Part shown: positions 1 to 39,990 of the stretch, one piece after another
How the letters are laid out: each line of letters begins with the position of its first letter
Numbering within the stretch: the stretch's first letter is position 1
From: Phoronis australis
Lineage: Eukaryota > Animalia > Phoronida
NCBI GenBank assembly: GCA_002633005.1
Contig: NMRA01000130.1
Span: forward strand, 248,001-312,000
Length of the DNA: 64,000 nt
Direction of reading: 5' to 3'
Notes under the pieces: model-generated
Databases searched by the model: none
Told to the model about the DNA's origin: nothing
The model's input: the letters and a program-made list of their open reading frames with translations, nothing else
Made by a program: the position numbers and the translations under genes

Positions 1-3000
1 ACAAGGCAGACATATTGGCCTCAATTGGAGAGAATTCAATAAGTCAGGAATAAAGGAAAAATTGGCCAAACAAATGTCCGGAGTGTGTTTGTACCGACTA
101 AGTTTTCATGGACTGTAGATTTACGCAAAAGACCTGCAATAACCTGAATAAGCGAATGGCTAACAACGTCTCTGAAGGCTACTTAAACAACTTTACAGAT
201 AAACAAACGCGGTCTGAACGAAGACATTTCTAAGCTCTTTTGAAGGATTTCACGTGGAGCAGACTGGACTAACCAAAACAAGTTTTGTAACACGAGTGCA
301 ACATCAGGAAAAGGACTTTCTGTTGAGCATATTAAGCTTAACCTCAGCCTCTGACTAAAATATTATAGTCCTGCAAACTCCGAAGTCAACCAGTGCACTT
401 CTTGAATTCTACAGGCTGAACGAAAATGGTAATATGATTTGGAGGGTCTAATGTCCCAAATAAATATTCACAAGTAAACAAAAACATTGATGACGAGAAA
501 GAAAATTTACCATCATGTCTGTCATTAGCACAAAAATTAAGATTCACCATTTACATTGGTGATGATAAATGTTCACAGCAAACCTTTGCATACAAAGTCG
601 TGGTTCGTATATAAAAATATCTATAATTACAAAATTATACGCATCAAAAATTCATTAAGTCCCGTCTCCATCGTTAAATGACTAGAAACATGATACAAAG
701 ACGGGATTAGACACGACTTAGCACTTCCATGAAACTTTTACTAACAGAATATACTAGAAACAGTGGCAAAATGCTGTCATTGTTCACATTAAAAATACCA
801 CCAATCAAAGCACTGTGTGAACGAAGCAGATGCGGCAATGTCTAATGAATGAAAACGACTGCCAATTTTTTTTTTCATTTTTCAAGAGCCTTTAATGTTA
901 TGAATGCCACACAAAACTGTCCGATGGCAGCTAAGGTACATGACATGACAATAGTATCATGGCAACGTAATATTTTGGTGCTAGTTATGCCTTTAAAAAG
1001 ACTTACAAAATAAAATGTTGCATTCCCACCACATTGTGTCCTAACCAGACGACACATAAGTAGCACGTGAACACCAACGCGAAAGACTTGGCAACCAATA
1101 CAAATGCTGCAGTAACACAAACGCGCGACCCTTTCTACGATCTTGAAATGAGCTCAACTTGAACAGAATACATCTCTATTCACTTGATGCGTGGTAAAAT
1201 CTCGCAAATTTCACACAAAAAATACTTGCCAAAATTGCCCCTTTTTTACATTTTCTAGGGCTGTGAATGGCTCGAATTTTTCAAGACATTGTCTGTTGGA
1301 AGCTATGGAACAAAACCAGCAAAAGGCAAAGCATAATTTTGGTGTATCAGTTAAGAAAAAACTGAGAAAATAGAACATCTCCTGTGTCCTAAATTTGCGA
1401 GATTTTACCGTTGTAATAACACAAACGCATGCCAGACTCTACAATCTTGCAATAAGCACAACTTTAACAGAATATGTGTACATTCATTCAACGCATGCTT
1501 AAACACCAGCTCGGCAGTGCTCGTCTCAATGCACTGAAAGGCCTGCTTAATATTTGCACTCTACTCGGCAAAGCCTAGCCCAGTGAGGTAGTGAAGAATG
1601 TCAGTCATATTTTCAAGTCCTCCTCACGTTTGGTCACTTCTAAATAGCATGGCCAAGTCAAACGTTAAGAATAAAACATGCTCAGTGTGATGTCACGTCT
1701 GTCTCATACTGTCAAATCACACAAATTTCTGTAGAATGTAAGCACAAAAATTTTAACTGAATATAGATTTTTTTTTCACTTTGCAATATACGATGTGAAT
1801 AAAACTGAAAATGAAGAAAAGTCCAAAAATTCTGAAGCAGCTGGCATAAACAAGTTCAGTATGCCAAAATCGAACCAATTTATGACACAATATGGCCGAC
1901 AAGTTTCATTCTTCCATTCTCTCAACAAAGATAGGTAGCACCAAATAAATGCCTTTCCATTTTTGAGATCTATGCTATCGCTACCATCAAATGTTTCGTT
2001 GAACTTCTGCACATGAACATGAAAAAAAGACCAATTTAAGCAATTGTGTTCATCTGAAGTTGGTGAGATTTTACAGTAAAGCCCAGCTTTCCACGAGAAG
2101 AAAATATGACATCAAAGTGGCTGGCTTATTTTACAAACAAAAACCATGACCCAAGATAAATGTCTTACTGAACAAAGTAAAAATTTCATGTGCTTAACAG
2201 AAATAAATGGAGGAAAGGGGAAATTGCATACAAAGCCAAGGAGAAGCTCCAAAACGGACCAATTTATCACCTGTGTTTAGTCATTTTTGTGATGCATGTA
2301 ATCCAATACCAAACTGTGCCCGATGTAGCACGACATGGGCTTGACCCGACAAATAGCCTCAGACGGACAACACGTAGCGTAAGGAACGCCCACCAAACAC
2401 TATTAGAAAGTTGGCAACCAGGTAGAAACTAAAGATACAACCTCACACCAGCACTACGCCACCCGTAACGTTGTTCATTACCAACGCGACAAGCACAACA
2501 CGGTAATCATAACCTCTATTCCAATATACCCTCTCAAAGTAAAAGCCGCCATAAACCAACATTCCGTCGAAGAACCTTAGATTTCCTTTAGACCCCAAAC
2601 TTCTAAAAATTGGCCTAAACTTGATCATTACTCAAATGAGAAGAGATTTTTGGTCTTGCAAAGAACTGCAAACTTTGTTAGTGCCAGAGACCGTGCCCAG
2701 AAAATAACAAAATGACACGCTGTGACAAATCAACTTGTATACCCTTGCCTCAACTTATAACAAACTAACATTTTTTACAAACACAGGCATCCCGTCTATT
2801 TAGAGTAATGACTAATTTGCGACCAATTTCACCATATTAAATGGACCGAGTCACAAGTTGTTTCGTGCAACAGAAGGTAGGTTTATAGCTTAAATGTACA
2901 GTTAGGTATTAACGTAATACCGACATGGGGAAACTTGTAGAACCAACACCAAAACACTTCTAAGGTATCAACTGATTTTCTCAAAATGAAGTCTTTAATA

Positions 3001-3779
3001 CAAGTGCTGTTGAACAAAACACTGGCTTCTGCCAATTCTTAAGTTTCCTTCGAGTCCTCCCGTACGTTCGGAATGACACACGTTCTTGTCCTGGCAATGT
3101 AATGCAACAGCTACTCAATATTCATTACAAAAACAAAGAAAATATTAAACGCACGGATATATGATTTAAATTCTTCCCAGAGCTTGAATTGGATGCATCC
3201 ATCATCATCAGGGGAGATAAATCTAAATCAACTGGCGCGAAAATATACTGAAAGGTGAGAGAGAATACAAACAAGCAGAGACCCCTATTGTGTACCATAG
3301 AGTAAAGACAGTGAGACTGTGCACAATTGTAGTTCACATCTTTCTATACATCTTTACAGTTAGTTATTTTAGAGTTCTCTCCAATTCTGTCCAATCAATG
3401 ATCGAGGAATTAATGGAAATCGTATGTTCATGTATTTAATATGTTCTCTTCACTTTTACTGCGAATTTTGCTCAGCTATTGCCAATACAAAAACTTGTGT
3501 TATTCCAAACTTTCGCCCAATGTTAAATGGTTTGACACACCTCAACAGTTTGACAATAGGAGGTGAACACTGCATACAGGTTTCACCAACAGACTGAAGA
3601 TAAGGCTATCAGGATAAGCCTAACACACATATCCGAGATTACCTTGCTGCAGCTATCATATAAAATCTCTCGCTAAAAAACTGGAAGTCTTCGAGTAACA
3701 ATTTCTGAGGTAACGGGTCGATATCAGCTTGCTAGAGTTGTTGTGAAGCAGGACTTGACTTTGACTTGAGCCTTGGTCA
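1..3779 (-). other. RAR 3'-UTR and downstream region (end not determinable)
   Basis: Follows the stop codon with no credible ORF. I saw only ATTAAA-type variants (near 892, 2994, 3436) and no clear AATAAA. Confidence 0.45.
1193..1409. mobile_element. MITE-like element with 19-bp terminal inverted repeats
   Basis: GGTAAAATCTCGCAAATTT at 1193 and its exact reverse complement at 1391..1409. Confidence 0.7.
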
Positions 3780-30266
<26,487 letters not shown>

Positions 30267-30374
30267 GGCGCTGAGACGACCGATCAGTACTACAGGGTCA
30301 CATCTGCAGAGAAAGAAGCTAAGCCATCTTAATGGTAATCAGAATTGCAGGACATCAGAAACATTAACACAGTA

Positions 30375-30386
30375 AGTTCAAGGTCA
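30375..30386 (+). promoter_or_regulatory. Perfect DR0 nuclear-receptor element AGTTCA-AGGTCA
   Basis: Two RGKTCA half-sites with no spacer, about 70 nt from the acceptor of the start-codon exon. Function untested. Confidence 0.4.
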
Positions 30387-31318
30387 GGCATGAAGGGCAT
30401 AGGTACTATTAGCCAGAAGGAAGCCGTATTATGATTTGAGAGTCACGAAAACAGTGCTGTGAGCCTCCCCTGTCAAAGGAAGCGTACTTGAAGCCAGTCC
30501 ATTTCCATTATGTTTAAAAAATCAACTTGGACAACCAAGACCTTAACAATGTTTCGAATACATATGGAACAGTCGATATATGTCGCAGTATTGGTAGAAT
30601 GTTAAAACCGAAATTCAGTTGCATGTGACACCGAAAAGATTGATAAATAACCATATTCTGTAGTAAACCTTAGCAATCTAACCTATAACATGGTTAATCG
30701 AATATCCTGATTTCATCAACAAGGCAAAAAATGTCAGACTTTATTGTCAGTACGAAAACCACATCTCAGTTAACAATAATTAGGTCAATATATCAAAATT
30801 ACAAAAAAATTAATAGTAGAGTATTCAACCATCAGAGCCGGCTGCTAATAATCTGAAACAACCCAGCCCTCGCATTAAATAGATACAACATAAATTCAGG
30901 TCAATGACGTTAGGAATCTACAGCAGTCAAAACAACTAACACATGCTTAAACCTAATCAATCATTTCCTTTTAAAAACAAGTTGACCCAATTTCGAATTC
31001 TGGTGGGCATGGCGGGCGGACTTGGTAAACGACAAAAATAAATTTCTTTCACTCATGGACAATAAGGAATGTTGGACAGTTTGTTTGTGAATCATTTGAA
31101 AATATGCCACAGCACAACACTGGTAACATGATGTCATGATGCTAGCAAAGAATTTATAAAGCACAATGTGAAACTGTTGCCTTCGACCTACACGCAAATC
31201 ATAGGACAGAACACTAGAGGGCACTGAACTTTGTCCATCAAGTACTCTATAACCATCTAACTCTAAGTATATTTCATTACATTATTGTGTTGCTATAAAT
31301 CTGAGCATTGACATGGTA

Positions 31319-31667
31319 TAAGTGAGAATTATTAGTCTTCATACACGCCATATGTTGGTTTCATTACGTGTGTGAAAAGACCTTTGCCACAACAGGGGTT
31401 TGAAATAGAGGCTTTCTGCTAATCGAGCAGATTACAATTGCATATATGTATATTCACACCCAAGTCTAGGTAAGATGCCTCCTATTACGTTTCCTTGGAT
31501 TTCTGTAATTGTCCCGGTGGTCCAGTTATCTCTGTGCACTAAAGTGTCTGCACGGTTAGCATAAAGTCTAGGGCTCAAAATCCCGTCGGGACAGAGATCT
31601 TTTCAGATTTAACTATATGTCACACGATGTGACCAACACATGTATGAAGACTAATAATTTTAACTTA
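31319..31667. mobile_element. Inverted-arm element of about 349 bp related to 8566..8915, with degenerate tRNA-like segments in both arms
   Basis: TIR aattattagtcttcataca / tgtatgaagactaataatt; shares ttctgctaa, tctgcacggttagca and atcttttcaga motifs with the 8.6-kb element. Confidence 0.65.
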
Positions 31668-31795
31668 AATATTTCATAATGTCACCACTATGGGGGGCAT
31701 TGCCACTAAGTAGCTTCAATAAGGCTTGACTTGTCTAAACAACAGAACACAAGACAATCACTACAAGAGAAGTGACGATGGTAGAAGCAACTTAC

Positions 31796-31885
31796 CATAG
31801 TGGAAGTGGCTATGTAAATAGTTGGTCCAAAAAGTGAGCGACTAACAGCCAAGTATCGGGCAAGTCCTTCGGCTTGAAGCCCAGT
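31796..31885 (-). other. RAR: Probable 5'-UTR exon of RAR (90 nt)
   Basis: Strong acceptor ttcccgttctcgtttttcag and consensus donor ATG|gtaagt, 1.5 kb upstream of the start-codon exon. Confidence 0.65.
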
Positions 31886-34800
31886 CTGAAAAACGAGAAC
31901 GGGAAATAATCAACAACAATCAAAGTAGGACATAAGCAGGCTTTCAAAATAGCCGTGATTTTGCAGAAAATTTACCGCTCATAATGTCATCGCGTGTTCA
32001 CCAATTTTCTGCGGTGAAATGAACAAAAAAACTCCACCCACACACAAAAGGTGAGCGAACTCCGATCTGTGTAATTAAAACTCGCAATTCACTGCTTAAT
32101 AGAGTCACACTCACAAGCAATTTCACCTCATCCAATAACCTCAACAGACAGACATGGCTGGCGGGCACGAGGAAGACTGGTAGTTTTTTAAATAACTTCT
32201 GCTAGCCTGCAGATGCGCCTTTGTAAGATTATAGAAACACAGTGAAGTAAACCAACCCGTTGAGCCACTGTAACCAAGTTGAGTCAGCTGGTAGTGCTGA
32301 CATCTGTTGGTGACAACATTCAGTATTCGCATCAGCTTTCTGACCAGACTATGTTTATTCTACACAGATTTCACACTAAAGTATTTGCTTAAACAGACAT
32401 TTTTCTACATTTCAAAGGAGAATGCCTTGCTGCAAATAGATTAAGCTTAATCAACAATTGTTTTACAGCAGCTTCGCACTACAAACCGTGCTGGTAATCG
32501 ACTATAATGTTATTTTTTCGTTGTGGAACGTTTAACAAAACGGAATTTCAGTTGCATATCGGCCATATTGAGTGTTAAATATATGAAGCATTGCCGATTT
32601 TACTTGAGCGTGGTGCTGAGTTACACTAAAAAATTTAATCTCAATTTCTGATGGACACTTACATATCGATCATAACTTCAGCGCTTTTAAAGGGTCTCAA
32701 CCTGTTAAGTGTCACCGCGGTAACAGAATATTTCAGTATAATACTCACTGCAGTCACCTAATGATATACAATCTAATAAAGTGACAAAAATTAGCAAAGA
32801 AGTTGGAACACGGCAACCCTTTCGCGACGCCATTTTGTCATTCCCAGCATGCAATTTCAATCTCTATGAGACCACTAAATGTCAGTCTCGGTCATATCTG
32901 TCTTCACTGGCGCAGTGTGTACAATAATAAATTCTCACCAATTTTGGACAAAAATAATCCCCAAAATTGTACTTTCTGACTTTCAAGCGTTCCTACCATT
33001 TTTGCGAATGCCCACATTTTTTCTACATATTTTCTTCTGGTAGCTATAGTACAGAACTTGGATATGGCAAAGCCTCATTCTTAACCCAATTTCTAATTCC
33101 GGTGTAGAAGGTGGCAGAGTTGATGGACTGCAGGTTCTTCGATTCAGCAACTACCCTAATGCAACCTAATGACAATGTAATAATGGTAAATGACTATTCT
33201 TAGTCCAACTAAAATTGCTGCCATTCATTTTTTGATTGACAGGACTGTAGCACATCAACCAGCATTTCGCTCCGTTTAGCTGGCAAAAAACAAAAGTCGA
33301 ATTTGACCTTTTGGTCTCATTAAATTGGTGTCATAATATTCCATACAGTTATAGAATTTCATTTCCGTTACCAACAAAACAACGAAACCACCAGCGACTC
33401 ATGAGACGGCGGAGTTAGCCTATCCCAAAATTGCAAATTCAAAAATGGCGCAGGTACACGTTGTTTGTGACTCGAGTAGCTAAAGGGAATGAAATCCTAC
33501 CATGGTAAGGAATATTATGAGACCCTATTTGATTTTCATTTTTAGTCAGCTAAATACAGCGAAATGCAGTTTGAAGTATATTTTTCTTATTACTCACTTT
33601 TGCTAAGAACTGGTCTACACAGAAATGCTATTTTCCGTAATATTATAGCTACCTTAACAATTACAGCTGGCACTGATGTACAGGCGGTTACTTCAGATTG
33701 AGCTTGCACATGCCGCAACATTTATGGGGTAAAGAGAAGTTTGTACTCAGTGTTACGCCTACCATCGGTCACACGCACTCACGCCGTGGAGATCCCCACA
33801 CCACGAAAACAACTCGTTAACAATCAACTTCCTGTTTTTCTTTACAGCACTGCCGCTTGTGCAGGTCTCATTCAACTCCGAAAATAATCGTAAGCAAATT
33901 ATAATATCAAAATAAAGCTCTTAAAATTGAGTTGCTACTGTTTTTGTTACTTTAGTCCACGCAAAACGGATCAAATAGCGTTGTGATGTTGACAACAGAT
34001 ATCTAAAAATTGTTGATAACCCATCACTTACGTATTTTCAGACGGTCATTAAAATGATCATTAGTTACTCAAAATTAACAACGTATACGTCCGTAGGCGT
34101 AATGAAGTGCACTAAAGACACCTTTAGATGTACAGGTGACAGGATGTGACAATTATTTGCGGACTCGTATCATTGCATCATTGGTCAAGATCAAGAGCCT
34201 TACACGTTAATTTGCGCAAGGATGGTTCATTAGTGTTTTCGTGTCTAGAAAAGTTGCATTTCATTTATGAAATTACATAGCTCACGGTAGTGGTATTCTC
34301 TTTCACATGACAGCTGTACCCTACTATGCCAGACATGGGCAATGGGGTGGGGGGGGGGGTGTTGGGTACCAGAGAAAACACAAAATGATGAAAAACTGTT
34401 AAATTAGAAACACTGTTTCGTGGTACTTGTCATTAGAAACTTAATCGGTGTCATAGCATCTTGCACTTCATAAATAGATTTTTTTACAAGAAGCGATGTT
34501 GTCAGTTGTGGTTATCAGGAACACTGATCTAAGGTCCCTTTGAGTGGAGCAGGGCAATTGTAGCATTAGTGATGACTACACTCCAGTACAACACAGGCTG
34601 ACATGGAATTATATATAGTGAACTAAAACTGATGATTTTTCAGACTGCTTGGCTTTTGAAATTGAATTCCTCGTGAAAAGTTCGGTTATCATAGGCTGAT
34701 TTTTACCAGAAAAGATAAGATACAAATTAGCCAAAATAGATCCATTTGGTTTCGGTTCTCTGGTACTTGTCAATGAATGTAGTTCCATTTGGTTTTAGTA

Positions 34801-37800
34801 ACTCCCTGAACCGTCATGATGCCACACAAAAGATCGTGCCAAAGCTTAACAATGGACTAGATTGATATCTGGATTTATCCTCAATTTGGAAAGCTGTAGT
34901 CGGCTGGAGTTGAAACCAAGCTAGAAGCTTTTGCAGTGATCAGGGCCAAGGGTCATTACAAATACTATTTACAAATACTATAAGAATTAAACAGACAGAA
35001 TCCTTTGGTAAAGTCAGAAGGGCTCACTTATGAGCCACGCACATGTAATATGCGTGATAAGAATACGTGCCTCTGCCTTAAGAGGCGAGCCTGCACGGGC
35101 CCCCTGAGAGGGAGCAACTGGTCATTAACGGGCACAAGATACACTCCTAAATTTCCGTTCGTCACTTTTTCAAATCAGGTACCGTGTTTATTTCATTATC
35201 AGCTCTTGCCAACTGTGGGTTATTTGTAGAAGTTAGAACTTTCACAATCCCAACCCAAACCCCCACTCCTGTACCAGAGATTGTCCAGTTGTTGACCACT
35301 CCGGGGTTTCATGCACAGAACTGTACATACCCACTTCACTTGCAACACCCACAAAATCATCAATCATCTCATGCAATTACCCAGCAGCAGGTGAAAATAA
35401 AAAAAACATGTCAAGAACTAGATTCAACAGACTGGGAAAATAAATTGAGGAAACAATGGTAATTCAAAGTCAATTTAAATCCCTCCATATGATGTTGATG
35501 TCAGAGTACTTAAAATAATCTTTCCCATTAGAGCAAAACAGCGGGGAAAAATAAATTTCTGCTGTCAAATTTCAGCATTTGGAGACCCTGTGCAGCGTTT
35601 GGACGCCAAAGTACAGCAAGCATCGGTTTTCGGTGTCACTTTTTACTTGCTAACTGCAGCTCTGACAGCTGACTAGCCTTGCAGAATAAGAAACTTGCAG
35701 AATAAGAAAGTACAATTGTAGGTCAAGATATGATGTAAGATACAATAAAATTTATTACAGATACAGGTCTCCAGTGTAACATACCACACTATAACAGCAA
35801 TATGAATTGGGGTCATGAAAAAAGCAGTGACATGTCCTTGTTCATGGACGTCGTGAGAAATTGAGAAACCTATGTGGGATGCCCTATTTTTGAAATCCTG
35901 GACGAACCCCTGCGCCTCGTACAAGCGGACTCTCATTTAGGATAGACTAGCACGGTATGGTAGTTTGCCGAGGTCGCTTTTTAGCCAGTGGTAAAAACGG
36001 GATGGCATTTTATAGGTGACAACACGAGGTTCAGCTACTTGAAGATATGATATGGCTGCAAAGTATTTTAATACTCTCTCTTCGGTGAGAGTGCAGTTAA
36101 AACAACACTCTCACTGAGGAAAGACTGAATGGGTGCGCCGGCTAACCCTGGTCGCTGTTTCTCTCCAGCGAAAAACACAAGAACTGAACAGAAGATTGTC
36201 TTCAACAATGGGTCCAACTACGAAAAAATATAATGTGGCCCTATGTACAACTAGTAAGTAAGGTCGATAAAGCCAACGTTTCATCACATTTCATCTACGA
36301 ACATGCGACAGGGTCCCTGAAAGTGACTCCTGCATGCGCTCCACTTCAAAAACTTTGAACATTTCAGTAATATTTCAAATCCAAGTAGACTACAGGTTTT
36401 CGAGGCCTGTGACCACCAAACTTTTACTCAGAAACTTTTACTTATAATTGTTCTTGCTCAAGTTGGTAATACGTAAAAATGACAACCAGCAAACTATACT
36501 CGAACCTCTTCGAGACATAAATCTCTTTCTTTTACACTACAAAAGTTGACACAGATCTGTGTCTACTATTCATTGGTGAGCCCAAGCATATCATACTTCC
36601 CAGCCCTTCTCATTGTCATCCTATACAATCAGATGACTAGATTTATTGACACAATCAAAACATCATTTTGCTTTATGCTATGGTATAAGTACTTTTTACA
36701 CAAACTTGAACGAGGATATGCCCACGGTTTAGGTCGTGTCGATTAGTGTGAACGGCCAACTTAGCACTCAACAGGTGGATTTAATGTTACAAGACCTTAT
36801 TCACTGAGCAATGGGCCTACCTGAGCGGCCTGCACACCCCTGGTATAACGTGGACCAGACCGCCTTCAATTATTTTTTATTATCCACAAGTCCGTTTACT
36901 GAGGCAAACAGCTACCTAACTATTGGTAATACTTATTTTCTGAATGTAGAAAAGCTGAAGAATTTGATAATTGACTTTTTACCAATCAGTCATTAATTGG
37001 GCTACGCAAAGATGCGCTTTGAGTAAATCATAAAAAAATGAAAATTGGTAGCAAAACAACAGTATCAATTCCACGAACCAATTCCATTTGATATAAAATT
37101 TCAAAACAAAATCTCAAAAACGAACAGTTTTCTGAGTTATGATTTCATTTTGGTTTCATAACTTTTTAAGTTTCATGATAATCATACAAGTCCTATTGTT
37201 GATGGCCCCTCATACAAAAGTGGAACACCTCAAAAACAGTTCCGAACAACGTTTATGTAGCACATTGCATAACGCAAACTATGTGGAAGTTTCAGGTAAA
37301 TCATTAATTTCTCAGATACGATGTTCGAAATGAGCCAAATCTGGACAGTTTTCAAGGTTCCTGCAGAACCTTAACAGTGGAGCTTGTCAATGCTTCGATG
37401 GTAAACTTCACTGTCATCGAAGTCATCTCGGCAGACATTGCTGTCAACAAGGGCATGCGTTGTATTATTACAGTAGATATTTTGTAAAAAAGTGGATGAA
37501 ATATTAATTATTCTATCACTAGAAGCAGTTCATTTCATTTATTACACGAACGCATACATGAGTCTTCATATTTCAAAAAATTACAAAATTGTATAATATT
37601 TCCACGCGGTCCCATCTTGTGATAACTTTGATGACCTGAGCTTCACAAAGCGAGATAACCTCCGAGTCCATTAACTACTGAAGCTGTCTGTTCAACTAAT
37701 TTCAGTTTACATCAACACCACTCTTGCGAAATTGAATTGATCGGAAATGGCCGACAGAATTTAGAACACAACTATCGTGACAGTTACTTCACTAAAAGTT

Positions 37801-39904
37801 TCTCGGAGAATGCTGATAAAACAGTTGGCTAATATATCAAGTACTTTTAACTAAATTCAATATTGGACGAGACACTTTGTTTTATTCCCCAGGAAATCAT
37901 GTGAAGATCGGAAGCAGATTTCCTAACCATGAGAACCTTGGCTGAAAAATGCTTAGCCCAAGGGAAAATTGGCAAGCAACTCGACTCCCTGGCATATCAG
38001 AAGTCAGCATAAAGGCCAGGCTTAACACCCGCCTCAGGGATGACAACAGGGTGGAATGGTGAATCAAAAACAAGGCGCTGTTTTGATTGGACGGGTCAGA
38101 TCTAACTAAGGATCAGGGAGCAAGAAAGGGCAGACGTGTCCACAGGCGAGCAGCACTACATCGGGCAGTTATCTAAAATTGAGCTGATACGTGGCGAACC
38201 AACAGGATCGGGCATAAAACGAGCTGGCCTCTGGGGAGGCTTGTCGTGCCGTAAATTAGTAAATTAATTTGAAGCATAATGACAAATTGAGTTTGGTAGT
38301 ACTGATTTTACCACCTAAAAACTTCCTATGGGCTAAGATTAAAAACTGACAATACATTACCTTGTTAATTCAAGTAATAACTTTGCACATGTACCGCCTG
38401 ATGGTAAAACTCTGAGATGAACTCAAAAATATAAAAGTTTACAACTGAACTCAATATTTCAGTCAGCGCAATCTGCTGTAATGCCACGATTTCATAAGTA
38501 GTGACATTTATAACAAAGTGCGCATGTTGTTGTTACCTTTCTCCAAGCCACATACACCTAAGCACAATCGCATTATGGAACGAAAAAGTTCCATTTGGAA
38601 AGACCATTGTAACAGAACAAGGATTTAAGAACATGTACCGTAATGAAAGTTCCTGCTTTGGTCTACATTTAAATTCCGTTCTTTTTCAATCCTACTGCAT
38701 GTTAAAACACAATACAGGGCTTGAGAGGAGCAAGTCCATTGTACTCACACACGTTCAAAACAATGAATCAATAGTCATGTCCACATTACGAGTTACCCCC
38801 AAAAACAACTCGACCGAGAGCATTCTTATCCCCAGTTAGCCAAGTGTCCAAACTATACACTCAACCCGTGACAATTATTGCGCGAAAAGGAAGACTTAAC
38901 TGCGCAAGTGCGCACGTAGGTGGCAACGACTACTGCCCTGTCTACATGTTTTGAGTCCACATTGTGATTTGTACTATGGGAGAATAAGTCACCTTGCGCG
39001 GATAAACTGGGACAGTTGTAACGTGCATCACGTTGGTCCAGTACTGAAGCACCAACACAATAACTTTACCTTGCCGTAACTCTTCCAGGAATGCCTTGAT
39101 CTCCGGGGTACCCCCGACTGTACCCCGAGGTAACCCAGAGGCATTAACGACTATTGAAATACTTGGATAACATGGATGGTACAACAAATCTGTCACAGAT
39201 CAAGATTCACTGATCCCACTTCTTGGTTTGTATCAGAATCATAAGACAGCAACAGATCTACAAACCCATATGTTCCCAGCCTTGCTAGGACTCCACTATC
39301 CTCAGCTCATCATTTGTGACAGCCAGGTTGACCCAGACTCTTTTTGACAGACGTTAATTTCAATAAAATCCACCAGATGTAGTACACGATACTGACATAA
39401 CCTATGCACAGAATCACTCACGTCTTGTACAAAATATAAGATTCACTCAAGTAATGAAGTCGGCTCAAGGCTATCAGTGAACCGCTGCAATGGATGGATA
39501 GTCTGCCTGTGTATGTAGGCCATTGACAACAATACTGGGCTCTGGTTGGCTGGTCTAGACTTTGCTCTAGAGGTCGCTGACCCCTGGAGTACAGTAAATA
39601 ATTGGTGAATGCACTTACATAATTTCAGTGCAAGCTGTCCCCTGGCTGTTTGGATAATGAACCATGTTCTTGGCTATATTTTCAAGGGTGCCAGCATGTA
39701 CTAGGAATTCAGGAATGTCAACTCATCAACATAATATACCCCGTGGGCTTATATTTGAATTTTTCAAACAGATAAAAACTTACTTTGAAAGTTGATATTG
39801 TCAACTTTTAACGGTCCGTAAGATTTAACAAAATGGATACTTCTACCGAAGTAAGGCCTATTGACAGAGATCATGTCAAAGTGACATTAGCAGCAATGTT
39901 ATGT

Positions 39905-39990
39905 ATCTGAGATCAGCCCCACCACAAACCCATGACCTCAGCATTTGCAGACCAAAGCCTTGCCAGTAGAGCTAACAGGCAATGTGACAA
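39905..39990 (-). mobile_element. Degenerate tRNA-derived SINE head
   Basis: Minus strand gcctgttagctctactggcaaggc...ctgcaaatgctgaggtcatgggtttg has an A-box-like motif and a decayed B-box; too degenerate to be a tRNA gene. Confidence 0.45.

Noticed and set aside
38942-39196. ORF GLPRGTVGGTPEIKAFLEELRQG with donor-like CAAG|gtaaag
   Set aside because: No recognisable homology or clear acceptor; it could be a UTR exon but is unsupported.
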